Shown here: piece by piece, positions 9,068 through 18,778 of the stretch | Numbering within the stretch: position 1 is the first letter of the stretch | Layout: every line of letters starts with the position of its first letter | IMG/VR virus record: IMGVR_UViG_3300037584_005633 | Location: 1-60,868 of that record | Length of the DNA stretch: 60,868 nucleotides | Source: a virus | Lineage: Duplodnaviria; Caudoviricetes | Direction: 5' to 3' (one strand) | Position numbers and translations under genes: made by a program | The notes under the pieces: model-generated | What the model saw: the letters and a program-made list of their open reading frames with translations, nothing else | Told to the model about the DNA's origin: nothing | Database searches by the model: none

Positions 9068-9433
9068 ATGGCAGCACCAAATCTAGTTAATGTTTCAACG
9101 ATTACAGCTAAGTCAGTTCAAGCAAACTTGTCGACTACTGTAACAACAGAAATTTTAGCAAACGCATCATCATCAAACAAAGTTTTTAAAATTAACAGTA
9201 TTATTATAGCTAACGTAGACGGCAGTAACTCTGCTGATGCGACTGTGGCTATTACAAAAAGTGGTGGATCACCAATTAAAATTGCAAGCACAATTGCTGT
9301 AGCAGCAGACTCAACTTTAATATTAATCGATAAAAATTCTTCTCTGTATTTAGAAGAAGGAGATAATATCGAAGCAGGAGCTAGTGCAGCTAGTGACTTG
9401 ACTATCACTATAAATTACGAAGAACTAAGTTAA
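9068..9433 (+). CDS. tail fibre-associated structural protein
   Basis: MAAPNLVNV..IANVDG..YLEEGD. Confidence 0.75.
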   Translation: MAAPNLVNVSTITAKSVQANLSTTVTTEILANASSSNKVFKINSIIIANVDGSNSADATVAITKSGGSPIKIASTIAVAADSTLILIDKNSSLYLEEGDNIEAGASAASDLTITINYEELS

Positions 9434-9448
9434 TAGGAGGTCTTAATA

Positions 9449-10288
9449 ATGGCACAAGGACAAGGTGGTATTATAGGCGCTTCAAACATTCCAGTTAATT
9501 CTGTAGCTGGATCACCTGCAGTTAATTCATTTACTTCAGGCGGAACTTATACTGCATCACCAGGCACTAAATTTGTAGAATATCTTATTGTCGGTGGTGG
9601 CGGTGGCGCAGCCCGAATTGGGGGCGGAGGAGCAGGAGGATATAGAACAAACTATCCATCTCCTGTAGCGAATGCTCAACCTGTATCAGGTGGATCAAGC
9701 TACCCTGTCTCAATTGGAGGCGGAGGCGGAGGTTTCTGCGGTGACTATCAACAAGCAAGCAACGGTGGTTCTTCAAGTGTATTTGGAATTACATCTGCTG
9801 GAGGCGGAGGCGGTGGCTCATGGAATGGCCAATCTGGACGACCTGGCGGATCAGGAGGCGGAGGTTCTCAATCTGGAAGCGGAGGACAAGGAAACGTACC
9901 ATCTGTAAATCCACCTCAGGGAAATCCTGGAGGAAATAGTGGTGACCGTGGAGGTGGCGGAGGCGCTAGCCAACCAGGAGCTTCTGCTGGAGGACAAGGT
10001 TCAGAAAATGCAATTTCATCACCTGGAAATTTTTACGCTGGAGGCGGAGGTGGCTCTGACGGAAATTATGCTGGAGGTACAGGAGGCGGAGGTGAAGGTT
10101 CACCTGGAGGCCAAAGTGGTAGTAACGGCAGAGGCGGAGGAGCAGGAGCGAATCACGGTGGCGGCACAAGAAGCGGAGGTTCGGGTGTTGTAATCGTAAG
10201 AGAACTAGATGCTTTTTCAGCTTCTGGTGTATGGCCAACTAAACAAGTCTTTGAAGCAATTAAAGATGGGAATTGGAAATCAGGATAA
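9449..10288 (+). CDS. glycine-rich tail fibre tip / receptor-binding protein
   Basis: YLIVGGGGG..GGGAGG..YAGGGGG..GGSGVVIVR. Confidence 0.8.
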   Translation: MAQGQGGIIGASNIPVNSVAGSPAVNSFTSGGTYTASPGTKFVEYLIVGGGGGAARIGGGGAGGYRTNYPSPVANAQPVSGGSSYPVSIGGGGGGFCGDYQQASNGGSSSVFGITSAGGGGGGSWNGQSGRPGGSGGGGSQSGSGGQGNVPSVNPPQGNPGGNSGDRGGGGGASQPGASAGGQGSENAISSPGNFYAGGGGGSDGNYAGGTGGGGEGSPGGQSGSNGRGGGAGANHGGGTRSGGSGVVIVRELDAFSASGVWPTKQVFEAIKDGNWKSG

Positions 10289-10803
10289 TGGCACATTTTG
10301 CACAAATTAATTCAGACGATAATATTGTAATAAAAGTAGTCGTAATGAACGATGCAGAATGCGCTGCTAATGGAGGAGTTGATTCTGATCAATGCGCAAC
10401 TTGGGTAAATTCTACTATTCCTGATGATGAATGGACTGCAGACACATATTATGATGGAAACTATCCTCAAAACACATATGTAAAAAGATGTGATCCCCAA
10501 ACTCAGTATAATGAACATGTTGATGGAGGTACGCCATTCAGAGGAAATTATCCTGCACATGGATTTTCTTACGATTCTGCAACAGATAAATTTATACCAC
10601 CAAAACTATATTCTAGTTGGGTGTTTAACACTAGTAGATGTGATTGGGAACCAAGTTTTGGTTTTCCAACAAGAAATCATGGTGAAAAAACACTGAATTG
10701 GACTTGGGATGATGATAATCAAAGATGGATTGGTCAAGATTTTGAAAATACTACATCTTTAGTTTGGAGTTCTACTTCCACTGCTTGGGAAATACCAAGT
10801 TAA
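10288..10803 (+). CDS. tail fibre-associated protein
   Basis: MAHFAQI...FRGNY..YD...D.FIPPK..SW; start moved to the coupled ATG at 10288. Confidence 0.75.
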   Translation: MAHFAQINSDDNIVIKVVVMNDAECAANGGVDSDQCATWVNSTIPDDEWTADTYYDGNYPQNTYVKRCDPQTQYNEHVDGGTPFRGNYPAHGFSYDSATDKFIPPKLYSSWVFNTSRCDWEPSFGFPTRNHGEKTLNWTWDDDNQRWIGQDFENTTSLVWSSTSTAWEIPS

Positions 10804-10804
10804 T

Positions 10805-10833
10805 TTGCCTTTTAATTAAAGTAAGTGTATAAA
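10805..10833 (+). promoter_or_regulatory. sigma70-like promoter for second oxygenase cassette (probably leaderless)
   Basis: TTGCCT-17-TATAAA, 7 nt before ATG 10841. Confidence 0.55.
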
Positions 10834-10840
10834 CTTACTC

Positions 10841-11326
10841 ATGTCAATTGAAGTCATAGAAGATTTTTTACCTCAAGACGCTTTTACAAATTTACAAAAA
10901 TTTGTAATGAATAATAGTTTTCCGTGGTTTTATCAAGACTTCGTGATTGATGAAAAAGATCCTTTAGATAATATTTTTTTAGCACATTTATTTTATAAAG
11001 ATAACAGACCCAATAGCGAATTTTATGACATGGTTTGTCAGCCTTTCTTAGATAGATTAAAACCTAAAGCAATAATAAGAATAAAAGCAAACTTATATTT
11101 AAATCAACAAAAAATAATTAAACACAGAATGCACACTGATTTTGAATATCCGCATAAAGGTGCACTCTTCTTTTTTAATACAAATAATGGAAAAACCATA
11201 ATTGAAGATCAAGAAATAGAGAGTAAACAAAATAATTTAGTTTTATTTGATTCTTCAAAACCTCATGCTAGTACAACATGTACAGACAAGAAAGCAAGAG
11301 TTACTTTGGTTTTTAATTATTTATGA
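10841..11326 (+). CDS. 2OG-Fe(II) oxygenase (paralogue of 1300-1791)
   Basis: RIKANL..HTD..NG.T..H.S.TCTD..RV. Confidence 0.85.
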   Translation: MSIEVIEDFLPQDAFTNLQKFVMNNSFPWFYQDFVIDEKDPLDNIFLAHLFYKDNRPNSEFYDMVCQPFLDRLKPKAIIRIKANLYLNQQKIIKHRMHTDFEYPHKGALFFFNTNNGKTIIEDQEIESKQNNLVLFDSSKPHASTTCTDKKARVTLVFNYL

Positions 11327-11985
11327 TCTTAAAAAATTATTATTGGGTTTTTGAAAAAGTTTTGTCTGAAGAGTTTTGTAACAAACTTATTACACACGGA
11401 AACAATTTAAGAGAACGCAAGGGCACAACAGGAGATGCCGATAAATACATTGAGGAACAGCTTGTAAATAGATTTGACGTTACAAAGAACCAATTGTTAA
11501 AAGAGTTTGAAGAAAAAACTAAAAAAAAGCGAGATTCAGATGTTGCTTGGATAGACGAAGAATGGCTTTATAAAGAGCTTTGGCCTTATGTAAATACAGC
11601 TAATAAAAATGCAGAATGGAACTTTGAAATAAATCATACTGAATCAGTGCAATTTACTAAATACAAAATAAATCAATTTTATAATTGGCATCCAGACTCT
11701 TTCGATGGGGCTTATGAAAATCCAAAACAGGAAAACTTTTATAAAAAAATAAGAAAATTATCTATGTGTGTTAATTTAAGTGACCCATGTGACTATCAAG
11801 GAGGTGAACTAGAGTTTCAATTTAGAAATAAAGATGATGCACTCATAGTTACAAAAGAGGATAGATTCAAACCAAAAGGAAGCGTAATTGTCTTTCCATC
11901 TTTTATTTGGCATAGAATAACACCAGTGACTCTAGGAACTCGATATTCTCTTGTCTCTTGGTTTTTAGGATACCCTTTCAAATGA
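11323..11985 (+). CDS. 2OG-Fe(II) oxygenase (PKHD/prolyl hydroxylase-like)
   Basis: QFTKY..YNWHPD..RKLS..YQGGEL..HRITPVT.GTRYSLV.W. Confidence 0.9.
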   Translation: MILKNYYWVFEKVLSEEFCNKLITHGNNLRERKGTTGDADKYIEEQLVNRFDVTKNQLLKEFEEKTKKKRDSDVAWIDEEWLYKELWPYVNTANKNAEWNFEINHTESVQFTKYKINQFYNWHPDSFDGAYENPKQENFYKKIRKLSMCVNLSDPCDYQGGELEFQFRNKDDALIVTKEDRFKPKGSVIVFPSFIWHRITPVTLGTRYSLVSWFLGYPFK

Positions 11986-12488
11986 TGTACAGTCTTTTTC
12001 CAACGCCTGTGTTTCATGAGAATCATAAACATTTATGTGATAGATTTAACAGTTCACAAAATGATTTTAAAATTGTGTCAGACACTTTATTGGATAAAGG
12101 CTTTGAACTTATAAAAAGAATGGGTTTAAAAACAGATTATAATAATCTTAAAATAAAAGACATATGGTTAGAAACATTTAAAGAATATTCAAATCAAGAA
12201 TACCATGTTCATTATAATAGTTTAGTAAGTGGTTTTTTATTTTTGGAAGTAGGCAAAGATACATCTTTTCCTATTTTTTGTGATCCAAGATCTAACACAC
12301 TTTTATACAAAGATATAAATGAATTAGAAAATAAAGATGAAGTATCTGCTATGTCAGAGAGAGTAAATATTAAACCACAACAAGGTGATTTAATAATATT
12401 TCCATCATACTTACCACACATGTTTACTGTACAGAAAAATAATAATATTTTGAGATTTATACATTTTAACTTACATGACAAATTATAA
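11982..12488 (+). CDS. 2OG-Fe(II) oxygenase (TIGR02466-like)
   Basis: HVH..SGFLFL..DPR..IFPSYLPH..RFIHFN. Confidence 0.85.
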   Translation: MMYSLFPTPVFHENHKHLCDRFNSSQNDFKIVSDTLLDKGFELIKRMGLKTDYNNLKIKDIWLETFKEYSNQEYHVHYNSLVSGFLFLEVGKDTSFPIFCDPRSNTLLYKDINELENKDEVSAMSERVNIKPQQGDLIIFPSYLPHMFTVQKNNNILRFIHFNLHDKL

Positions 12489-13095
12489 TTTTCATAAAGA
12501 TGGTTTTACAGTTATTAAGAGCGCTGTCTCTAAGGAGATTGCAGATTTTGCTTTAAGATGTTTATTGTTAAGAAGAAAGGTTACTGACCATATGTTTAAA
12601 ACAAATTACTTAAAAAAAGATAGTATAGATTTTGGAACATGGAATGATGCTCAAGTGCCTGGTACATTCTCAATTTATGCATCAATAGAAAATGAAGTTT
12701 TTTTAATAGAGCTTAAAAATATAATGGAAAAAATTACAAATAAAAAATTATATCCTACATACTCATACTCAAGAGTTTATGAAAATGGAGATGAATTAAA
12801 AAGACATACTGATAGGTTTAGTTGTGAAATATCAACTACACTTTATTTAGGAGGTGACCCATGGCCAATATATATAAGGAATGAGGATACAGATGTCGAA
12901 GTCAATTTAGAAGAAGGAGATATGTTAGTTTATAAAGGTAACATCTTAGAACATTGGAGAAACAAATTTCAAGGGGAACTATGTGGTCAAGTGTTTTTAC
13001 ATTATAATTCTGTAGATACCAAAAATGCAGAGTATAATAAATTTGACACTAGACCTTTTATAGGTTTACCTGTTTCTTTTAAAAATGAAAAATAA
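12475..13095 (+). CDS. 2OG-Fe(II) oxygenase-like protein
   Basis: PTYSYSRVY..LKRHTDRFSCEIS..HWR..QVFLHY. Confidence 0.85.
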   Translation: MTNYNFHKDGFTVIKSAVSKEIADFALRCLLLRRKVTDHMFKTNYLKKDSIDFGTWNDAQVPGTFSIYASIENEVFLIELKNIMEKITNKKLYPTYSYSRVYENGDELKRHTDRFSCEISTTLYLGGDPWPIYIRNEDTDVEVNLEEGDMLVYKGNILEHWRNKFQGELCGQVFLHYNSVDTKNAEYNKFDTRPFIGLPVSFKNEK

Positions 13096-13762
13096 TCTTA
13101 CAATTTATAGCAACATAATACCCATTGATATATTAAAAAATAATTTTTTAAGTTTTCCAAAAAATCTACCAAAATATTATAAAAATTTACCAAGACTTTT
13201 TAATCGCTCAGAGACGAGCACTACAATTAAAACTTGTCCTGGATTTGTAAACTATTTTAGAAAAGTGTTAGTTTTTACATCTCCTTTTGATATGGAGTTT
13301 CTAATATCTAATAATAAGTTAGAGCAGTGGGCAATGGGTAATGGCGATTTTAATAATCTTATGAGTGTGACAACTCATAGTAACTCACAGCTATTGGATT
13401 ATGTACAAAACGATAATTATCAATTTGTAATAAAGATATGTATGTTTAATTATATTCAATCAGATGCACCTTTATATTTTCACAATGCATCATGGGAGTT
13501 TAGAAATTGGGAATGTCTTCCTGGTGTAATACATCCTAAAGATATACCAACTGATTTAAATATGTTTCTACCTATAAGAAAAGAAACGGATAAGATAGTT
13601 ATTAAAAAGGACGAACCATTATTTTATATGTCTTTTGAAACACAAGATGATATTGAACTCCATTTTTCTGGTAAAAAGTTTGATCTGACAAGCCATACCA
13701 ATACTTTGAGCTATAAGTTTTCTATACTGAAAGATAGAATACTTGGTAAAAAAATAGTATAA
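13085..13762 (+). CDS. hypothetical protein of oxygenase cassette
   Basis: TIKTCPG...LPGVI...KDEPL; coupled ORF. Confidence 0.7.
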   Translation: MKNNLTIYSNIIPIDILKNNFLSFPKNLPKYYKNLPRLFNRSETSTTIKTCPGFVNYFRKVLVFTSPFDMEFLISNNKLEQWAMGNGDFNNLMSVTTHSNSQLLDYVQNDNYQFVIKICMFNYIQSDAPLYFHNASWEFRNWECLPGVIHPKDIPTDLNMFLPIRKETDKIVIKKDEPLFYMSFETQDDIELHFSGKKFDLTSHTNTLSYKFSILKDRILGKKIV

Positions 13763-13770
13763 TAAGCCAT

Positions 13771-15690
13771 ATGCCATTAGCTAAAGTACCATTCGCAGCA
13801 GGTTTTAACAAACAAATCACAGCAACCCAGGCTCAAAATGTCTGGATTGATGGTGATAACGTGCGTTTTAGATACGGCATGCCTGAAAAAATAGGAGGAT
13901 GGAATCAATTAAATGCAAATGATTTAGTAGGTGTTGCTAGGCAAATGCACAATTGGTTTGATTTAGATGGTAGAAGGTACTCTGCAATTGGAACAAATAG
14001 AATTCTAGCTATTTATTATGATGAAATATTTTATGACATAACTCCGTTAGATTCAGTAAGAACACAAGCAAACTGTGACATCACCACTACTAATGGTAGT
14101 AACATAGTGACTATCACTACACCAGCTAATCATAATTTACAAATTACAGAACTTGTAGCATTTTCTGCTGCTACAGGATTATCAGGAACTAGTTTTACAT
14201 CTGCTAATTTTACCGATAATCTCTTTGAAGTTTTGACGGTTCCGTCACCAACTACTTTTACTATTCAAATGCCATCAAACGAATCGACAGGATCCGTTAC
14301 AAATAATGGATCTTTAACAATAACACCATACATTGATATTGGTAATTACATTCAACAGCCTGCTTATGGTTTTGGTACTGGTACTTGGGGTCTATCTACA
14401 TGGGGCACATCAAGAACATCTTCTAACTTAATTCTTGATCCAGGCCTGTGGTCATTGGACAATTATGGTCAAACACTAATAGCTACTGTTCATAACGGCC
14501 CAAGTTTTTCTTGGAATCCTGTTGCAGCAGATACAAATGCTCTTGCTACAAGAGCGGTAGCTTTATCTGGTAACCCTACAAAAAGTGTGGCTACCATTGT
14601 TTCTGACAGAGATAGGCACTTAGTTCATCTAGGCACAGAAACTACAATTGGAACCACTTCAACACAAGACAAAATGTTTATAAGATTTTCTGACCAAGAA
14701 GATTTAAATACATATGCACCTACTTCTACAAACACTGCAGGAACTTTTAGACTAGATAGCGGAAGTGAAATTATTGCAGCGGTGAAAGGTAAAGATTACA
14801 TTTTTATTCTTACGGATACAGCTGCATATATTATGCAATTTGTGGGCCCACCTTTTACATTTAGTATAAAACAAGTTGGAACTAACTGTGGTTGTTTGGG
14901 TCCGAATTCTGCAGTATATGTCAACGGAGCTGTATATTGGATAAGTGATGAGGGTGGCTTTTTTGTTTTTGATGGTACTGTAAAAGCCTTACCATGTTTA
15001 GTAGAAGACTTTGTTTTTACATCAAATGGAAATAATTTAGGATTAAATTTTTCTGCAGGCAAAATAACATTTGCTTCACACAATAGTTTGTTTAGTGAAA
15101 TAAACTGGTTTTATCCTAAAGCAGGTTCAAATAACATAGATAGGGTAGTAACCTATAATTATGACGAAAATGTATGGACTGTAGGAACTTTAGCTAGAAC
15201 AACTTACTTTGATCAAGGTGTATTTCCATTACCTTATGCAACAAGATTTTACACAACAGGAACAGGGACTTTTCCTACTGTACAAGGGATCACGAACCAA
15301 GGCGCCAGTAGATTGTATGAACATGAAAGTGGTTTAAACGAAGTTGATGCTAATGGGACTACCACTGCAATACAAGCCTTTATACAATCAGGAGATTTTG
15401 AATTAGACGTTGAAGGTAACGGTGAGTATTTTATTAAGATTAGAAGGTTTATTCCTGACTTTGGTATTCTATCGGGTCAAGCAAAGGTAACTTTAAATTT
15501 AAGAGCTTTTCCAAATGATACACAAGCATCTTCACCTTTAGGACCGTTCACAGTAACACCAACAACAAAACAAATTCATACACGTGCAAGGTCAAGATTA
15601 GCTAGTGTTAAGATTGAAAATGACGCTGTAGATCAAAATTGGAGATTAGGATTATTTAGATTCGACATTCAGCCTGACGGACGTAGATAA
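13771..15690 (+). CDS. tail nozzle / stabilization protein (tail tubular B, P22 gp10-like)
   Basis: 639 aa; W.DGDNVRF..PEKIGGW, IRFSDQE, PDGRR end; position. Confidence 0.75.
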   Translation: MPLAKVPFAAGFNKQITATQAQNVWIDGDNVRFRYGMPEKIGGWNQLNANDLVGVARQMHNWFDLDGRRYSAIGTNRILAIYYDEIFYDITPLDSVRTQANCDITTTNGSNIVTITTPANHNLQITELVAFSAATGLSGTSFTSANFTDNLFEVLTVPSPTTFTIQMPSNESTGSVTNNGSLTITPYIDIGNYIQQPAYGFGTGTWGLSTWGTSRTSSNLILDPGLWSLDNYGQTLIATVHNGPSFSWNPVAADTNALATRAVALSGNPTKSVATIVSDRDRHLVHLGTETTIGTTSTQDKMFIRFSDQEDLNTYAPTSTNTAGTFRLDSGSEIIAAVKGKDYIFILTDTAAYIMQFVGPPFTFSIKQVGTNCGCLGPNSAVYVNGAVYWISDEGGFFVFDGTVKALPCLVEDFVFTSNGNNLGLNFSAGKITFASHNSLFSEINWFYPKAGSNNIDRVVTYNYDENVWTVGTLARTTYFDQGVFPLPYATRFYTTGTGTFPTVQGITNQGASRLYEHESGLNEVDANGTTTAIQAFIQSGDFELDVEGNGEYFIKIRRFIPDFGILSGQAKVTLNLRAFPNDTQASSPLGPFTVTPTTKQIHTRARSRLASVKIENDAVDQNWRLGLFRFDIQPDGRR

Positions 15691-16202
15691 TGCAAGTAAA
15701 AGATATCTCTATTGAGTATTTTAAAAAGAAAATACCTTTTTCAAAAGACTATTTAGAATTTGTAAAAAACCAAAAGCTTAATAATCATGAGGCACAAAAC
15801 AATAATTATGATTATGACGAATCCAATAAAGAACTGTTGGATTTGACGCTTGAACAGCTTGATCCTTTTTTTAAAGAAGTAGGTGTTTATTTAGGTTATA
15901 AAAAATATGGTTTAGTAAAAGCTTGGATACAGCATTATGAGAAGGGTCATTTTCATGATCTGCACACCCACGAATCAATAAAAGATTTCTATTCTTTTTC
16001 TTATATAATCGATTGTACTGAGGATTCTTCTCACTTAAATTTATATAATCCAGGTTATCCCTATTTGAGTTATTATAAGAAAAAAATAAAACCTGAAGTA
16101 GGATTGTGTACATTGTTCCCTTGTTTTTTACCTCACTCGGTTGACCCAAATAAAGATAATGTTAGACTAATAGTAAGTGGTAATATTAAATGGCAAAAAT
16201 AA
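15690..16202 (+). CDS. 2OG-Fe(II) oxygenase (TIGR02466-like), single insertion
   Basis: WIQ.Y..H.LHTH..LFP.FLPHSV.PN..RLIVSGN. Confidence 0.85.
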   Translation: MQVKDISIEYFKKKIPFSKDYLEFVKNQKLNNHEAQNNNYDYDESNKELLDLTLEQLDPFFKEVGVYLGYKKYGLVKAWIQHYEKGHFHDLHTHESIKDFYSFSYIIDCTEDSSHLNLYNPGYPYLSYYKKKIKPEVGLCTLFPCFLPHSVDPNKDNVRLIVSGNIKWQK

Positions 16203-16354
16203 CAGCATACATACCAGAACCAAAAGATCAATATGATGTTTCTAATCAAAGACAAATATTAGAATCAGTTGATGTAATAAAACAACAACTTAATTTTTCA
16301 TATCAAAAAGACTTGAAAGATGAACAAGAAGCGTTTAATTATTTTATATCATGA
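16190..16354 (+). CDS. 54-aa tail-associated protein (not in track)
   Basis: MAKITAYIPEPKDQYDVSNQRQI...; ATGA coupling. Confidence 0.7.
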   Translation: MAKITAYIPEPKDQYDVSNQRQILESVDVIKQQLNFSYQKDLKDEQEAFNYFIS

Positions 16355-16701
16355 CAATTCAATATAAAAACCAAGGTTTTAAACAAGCCGATACAAATAA
16401 AGCTACAGTACTGACATGTCCGTCTGATGCTACAATTATTATAAAAAGTGTTTATTGTGCAAATAATGATGCCTCCTCGGCTATATTAGTAAATATGAAT
16501 TTAGTAGATTCTTCTGCTTCTAGCACTGAATATGAATTTTTCAGAGATGATGTTGCAGCCAAATCACAAATTAATGCCACCCCTCAAGGCTTAAACTTAG
16601 AATCAGGAGATGCAATAACAGTACAAGCGGCTACAGGGAGTAATAAAATTCAAGGTGCTGTGAGTTATGCATTAATAGATAGATCACAAGAAAATGGCTA
16701 A
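16351..16701 (+). CDS. structural protein (similar class to 9068-9433)
   Basis: YKNQG..IIKS...LNLESGD. Confidence 0.7.
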   Translation: MTIQYKNQGFKQADTNKATVLTCPSDATIIIKSVYCANNDASSAILVNMNLVDSSASSTEYEFFRDDVAAKSQINATPQGLNLESGDAITVQAATGSNKIQGAVSYALIDRSQENG

Positions 16702-16822
16702 AGTAAAATTTCTTAATTTCACACCAAGACCAAAACCAAGAAAACGTCCGAGACGTCATACAAAAAGACTTAACAAAAATAAAAAAAGATGTTATAAGCG
16801 CTACAACCGTCAAGGAAGGTAG
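16694..16822 (+). CDS. 42-aa highly basic peptide (not in track)
   Basis: MAKVKFLNFTPRPKPRKRPRRHTKRLNKNKKRCYKRYNRQGR. Confidence 0.65.
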   Translation: MAKVKFLNFTPRPKPRKRPRRHTKRLNKNKKRCYKRYNRQGR

Positions 16823-16824
16823 TA

Positions 16825-17046
16825 ATGACTAAAAAAACTGTTAATATTGGTGGACAAGAAGTTCCCGTAGTTAAAGCCACAGCAATTGAGGAAGTTCTTA
16901 ATAAAAGAACAGGAAAGAAATATGCTAATAAAGCTGATTTTGATAATGATGTTGCTAATCCCAATAGTGACACTACTAACGATGATTTACAAATCAATCA
17001 AAAAATAACAGTTGATTCTTTAGAAGTTTTTGGTAAAACCGAATAA
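16825..17046 (+). CDS. hypothetical protein
   Basis: RBS, coupled ORF. Confidence 0.75.
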   Translation: MTKKTVNIGGQEVPVVKATAIEEVLNKRTGKKYANKADFDNDVANPNSDTTNDDLQINQKITVDSLEVFGKTE

Positions 17047-17984
17047 TGCAACCGTACGGTGGAACTGAAATTCAATTTGATTATTTAAAAAAATTTGTTG
17101 AGTATTCATTATTAGATTCTGTTCAAATAACTACATCTATTCCTGAAAAAGAACCTCTACATCCTGTAAAACCAAATATTCTTTGGTTAAAAAATTCTTA
17201 TGATCAACCTAACTTACATGCCTGGTTCAAAGATAAAAAAAATCATGACAAATATGATTGGTATGTGTTTAATAGTCATTGGAGCTTTGAAAAGTATAGA
17301 TATTTTTTTAAAATACCAGAAGACAAATGTACTGTAATTAAAAATGGAATTGATTACGATGAACTAAAATTAAAAACTGATTTTACTCCACAACCAAAAA
17401 TGAAGATGTGCTACATCTCTACACCATGGAGAGGTTTAGAAGTTGCCTTAGATGCAATGGAAGCAATAAAAGATCCTGATATATCTCTTGATGTATTTTC
17501 ATCTACAATTATCTATGGAAAAACTTTTTTTGAAAACAATGATGAGCCATACAAAGAACTTTATGAAAAGGCAAAAAGCTTATCAAATGTAAATTATATG
17601 GGCTATTGCCCTCACGACCAACTGTTAGGAAAATTAAAAGACTACCAAGTGAATTGTTTTCCTAGTATATGGGAAGAAACTTTTTGTATATCAGCAATGG
17701 AATCTTTGGCTGCTGGTCAATTGCTTATAACTACTGATCTTGGAGCTCTTCCAGAAACATGTGCTGAGTTTCCAGTTTACATACCGTATACGTCTAATAA
17801 AAAAAATTTAAAGGTACAATTAGCAGAAGCTATAATAGAAACAAAAGAAATACTAAAAAGAGATATTTCACAAGGTCTTAAATTTCAACAATTTTATTAT
17901 AAAAGGTTTTATGATTGGAAAATAATAGGGAACTTTTGGACTAATTTTTTAAAAGGAGCGTTAAGTGTCTACAGAAATAAATAA
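17046..17984 (+). CDS. glycosyltransferase (GT-B, GT4-like)
   Basis: GGTE, STPWRGL, PSIWEETFCISAMESLAAG, GALPET. Confidence 0.9.
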   Translation: MQPYGGTEIQFDYLKKFVEYSLLDSVQITTSIPEKEPLHPVKPNILWLKNSYDQPNLHAWFKDKKNHDKYDWYVFNSHWSFEKYRYFFKIPEDKCTVIKNGIDYDELKLKTDFTPQPKMKMCYISTPWRGLEVALDAMEAIKDPDISLDVFSSTIIYGKTFFENNDEPYKELYEKAKSLSNVNYMGYCPHDQLLGKLKDYQVNCFPSIWEETFCISAMESLAAGQLLITTDLGALPETCAEFPVYIPYTSNKKNLKVQLAEAIIETKEILKRDISQGLKFQQFYYKRFYDWKIIGNFWTNFLKGALSVYRNK

Positions 17985-18723
17985 AAAAAGTTTAATGGTA
18001 TGCACGCCTATCCACTCTGAGGTGTCGATGCATTATATGAAAGCTTGTCTTGATTTACAAAAAGAATGTTTACTTAATAAGATAAAAGTTACATTTCAAT
18101 TAATGAAGTCTAGTTTAGTAACACAGGGAAGAAACTTATGTGTATCTGCTTTTTTACAATCAGATGCCACACATATGTTGTTTATAGATTCAGATATTGA
18201 TTTTACAACAAGATCTGCTCTTAGACTTTTTAAATGTGATCATGAAGTTTCTTTAGTGCCTTATCCAATGAAAACAATAAATGAAGCAAAATTTAGAAAA
18301 GATCAAGAAAAAAGACCTGATGATGACTCAAACACATACGGCTTAATTTATCCTGTAACATTTGGTGATGAAAATAAAATTGAACCAAAAGATGGTTTTG
18401 TCGAGGTAGTTAAGGGACCTACTGGTATGATGATGATACAGAGATCTGTTTTTGAAAAATTAATGAAAGAATACAATGAATTGAATATAATTCAACGTAC
18501 TATGGTTAATGGTGAGATGATAGAAAGACCATTTTATTACAATTTTTTCGATTCATACTACAGCCCAAAAACAAAAACATATACAGGAGAAGACTTTTAT
18601 TTCTGTAAGTTATGGACATCCATGGGAGGTAAAATACATGCTCTAATAGACGAGGATATATCACACGTTGGAGAGTATAAGTACACAGGTAAGATGTTCA
18701 ATGAATTCGTAAAAACAGCCTGA
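17965..18723 (+). CDS. glycosyltransferase-like protein (GT-A)
   Basis: SLVTQGRN, HMLFIDSDI (DxD), TGMMMI.R.VF, EDFYFC. Confidence 0.85.
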   Translation: MSTEINKKSLMVCTPIHSEVSMHYMKACLDLQKECLLNKIKVTFQLMKSSLVTQGRNLCVSAFLQSDATHMLFIDSDIDFTTRSALRLFKCDHEVSLVPYPMKTINEAKFRKDQEKRPDDDSNTYGLIYPVTFGDENKIEPKDGFVEVVKGPTGMMMIQRSVFEKLMKEYNELNIIQRTMVNGEMIERPFYYNFFDSYYSPKTKTYTGEDFYFCKLWTSMGGKIHALIDEDISHVGEYKYTGKMFNEFVKTA

Positions 18724-18778
18724 TATTGAAGAATAGCTTTATATAAGTTAAAATACCATAATAACTAGTTAAAATATT

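Noticed and set aside
9449-10288. GGAGGCGGAGG repeats and alternative-frame ORFs as a diversity-generating retroelement or overprinting
   Set aside because: Explained by poly-Gly codons; no reverse transcriptase or TR/VR pair seen
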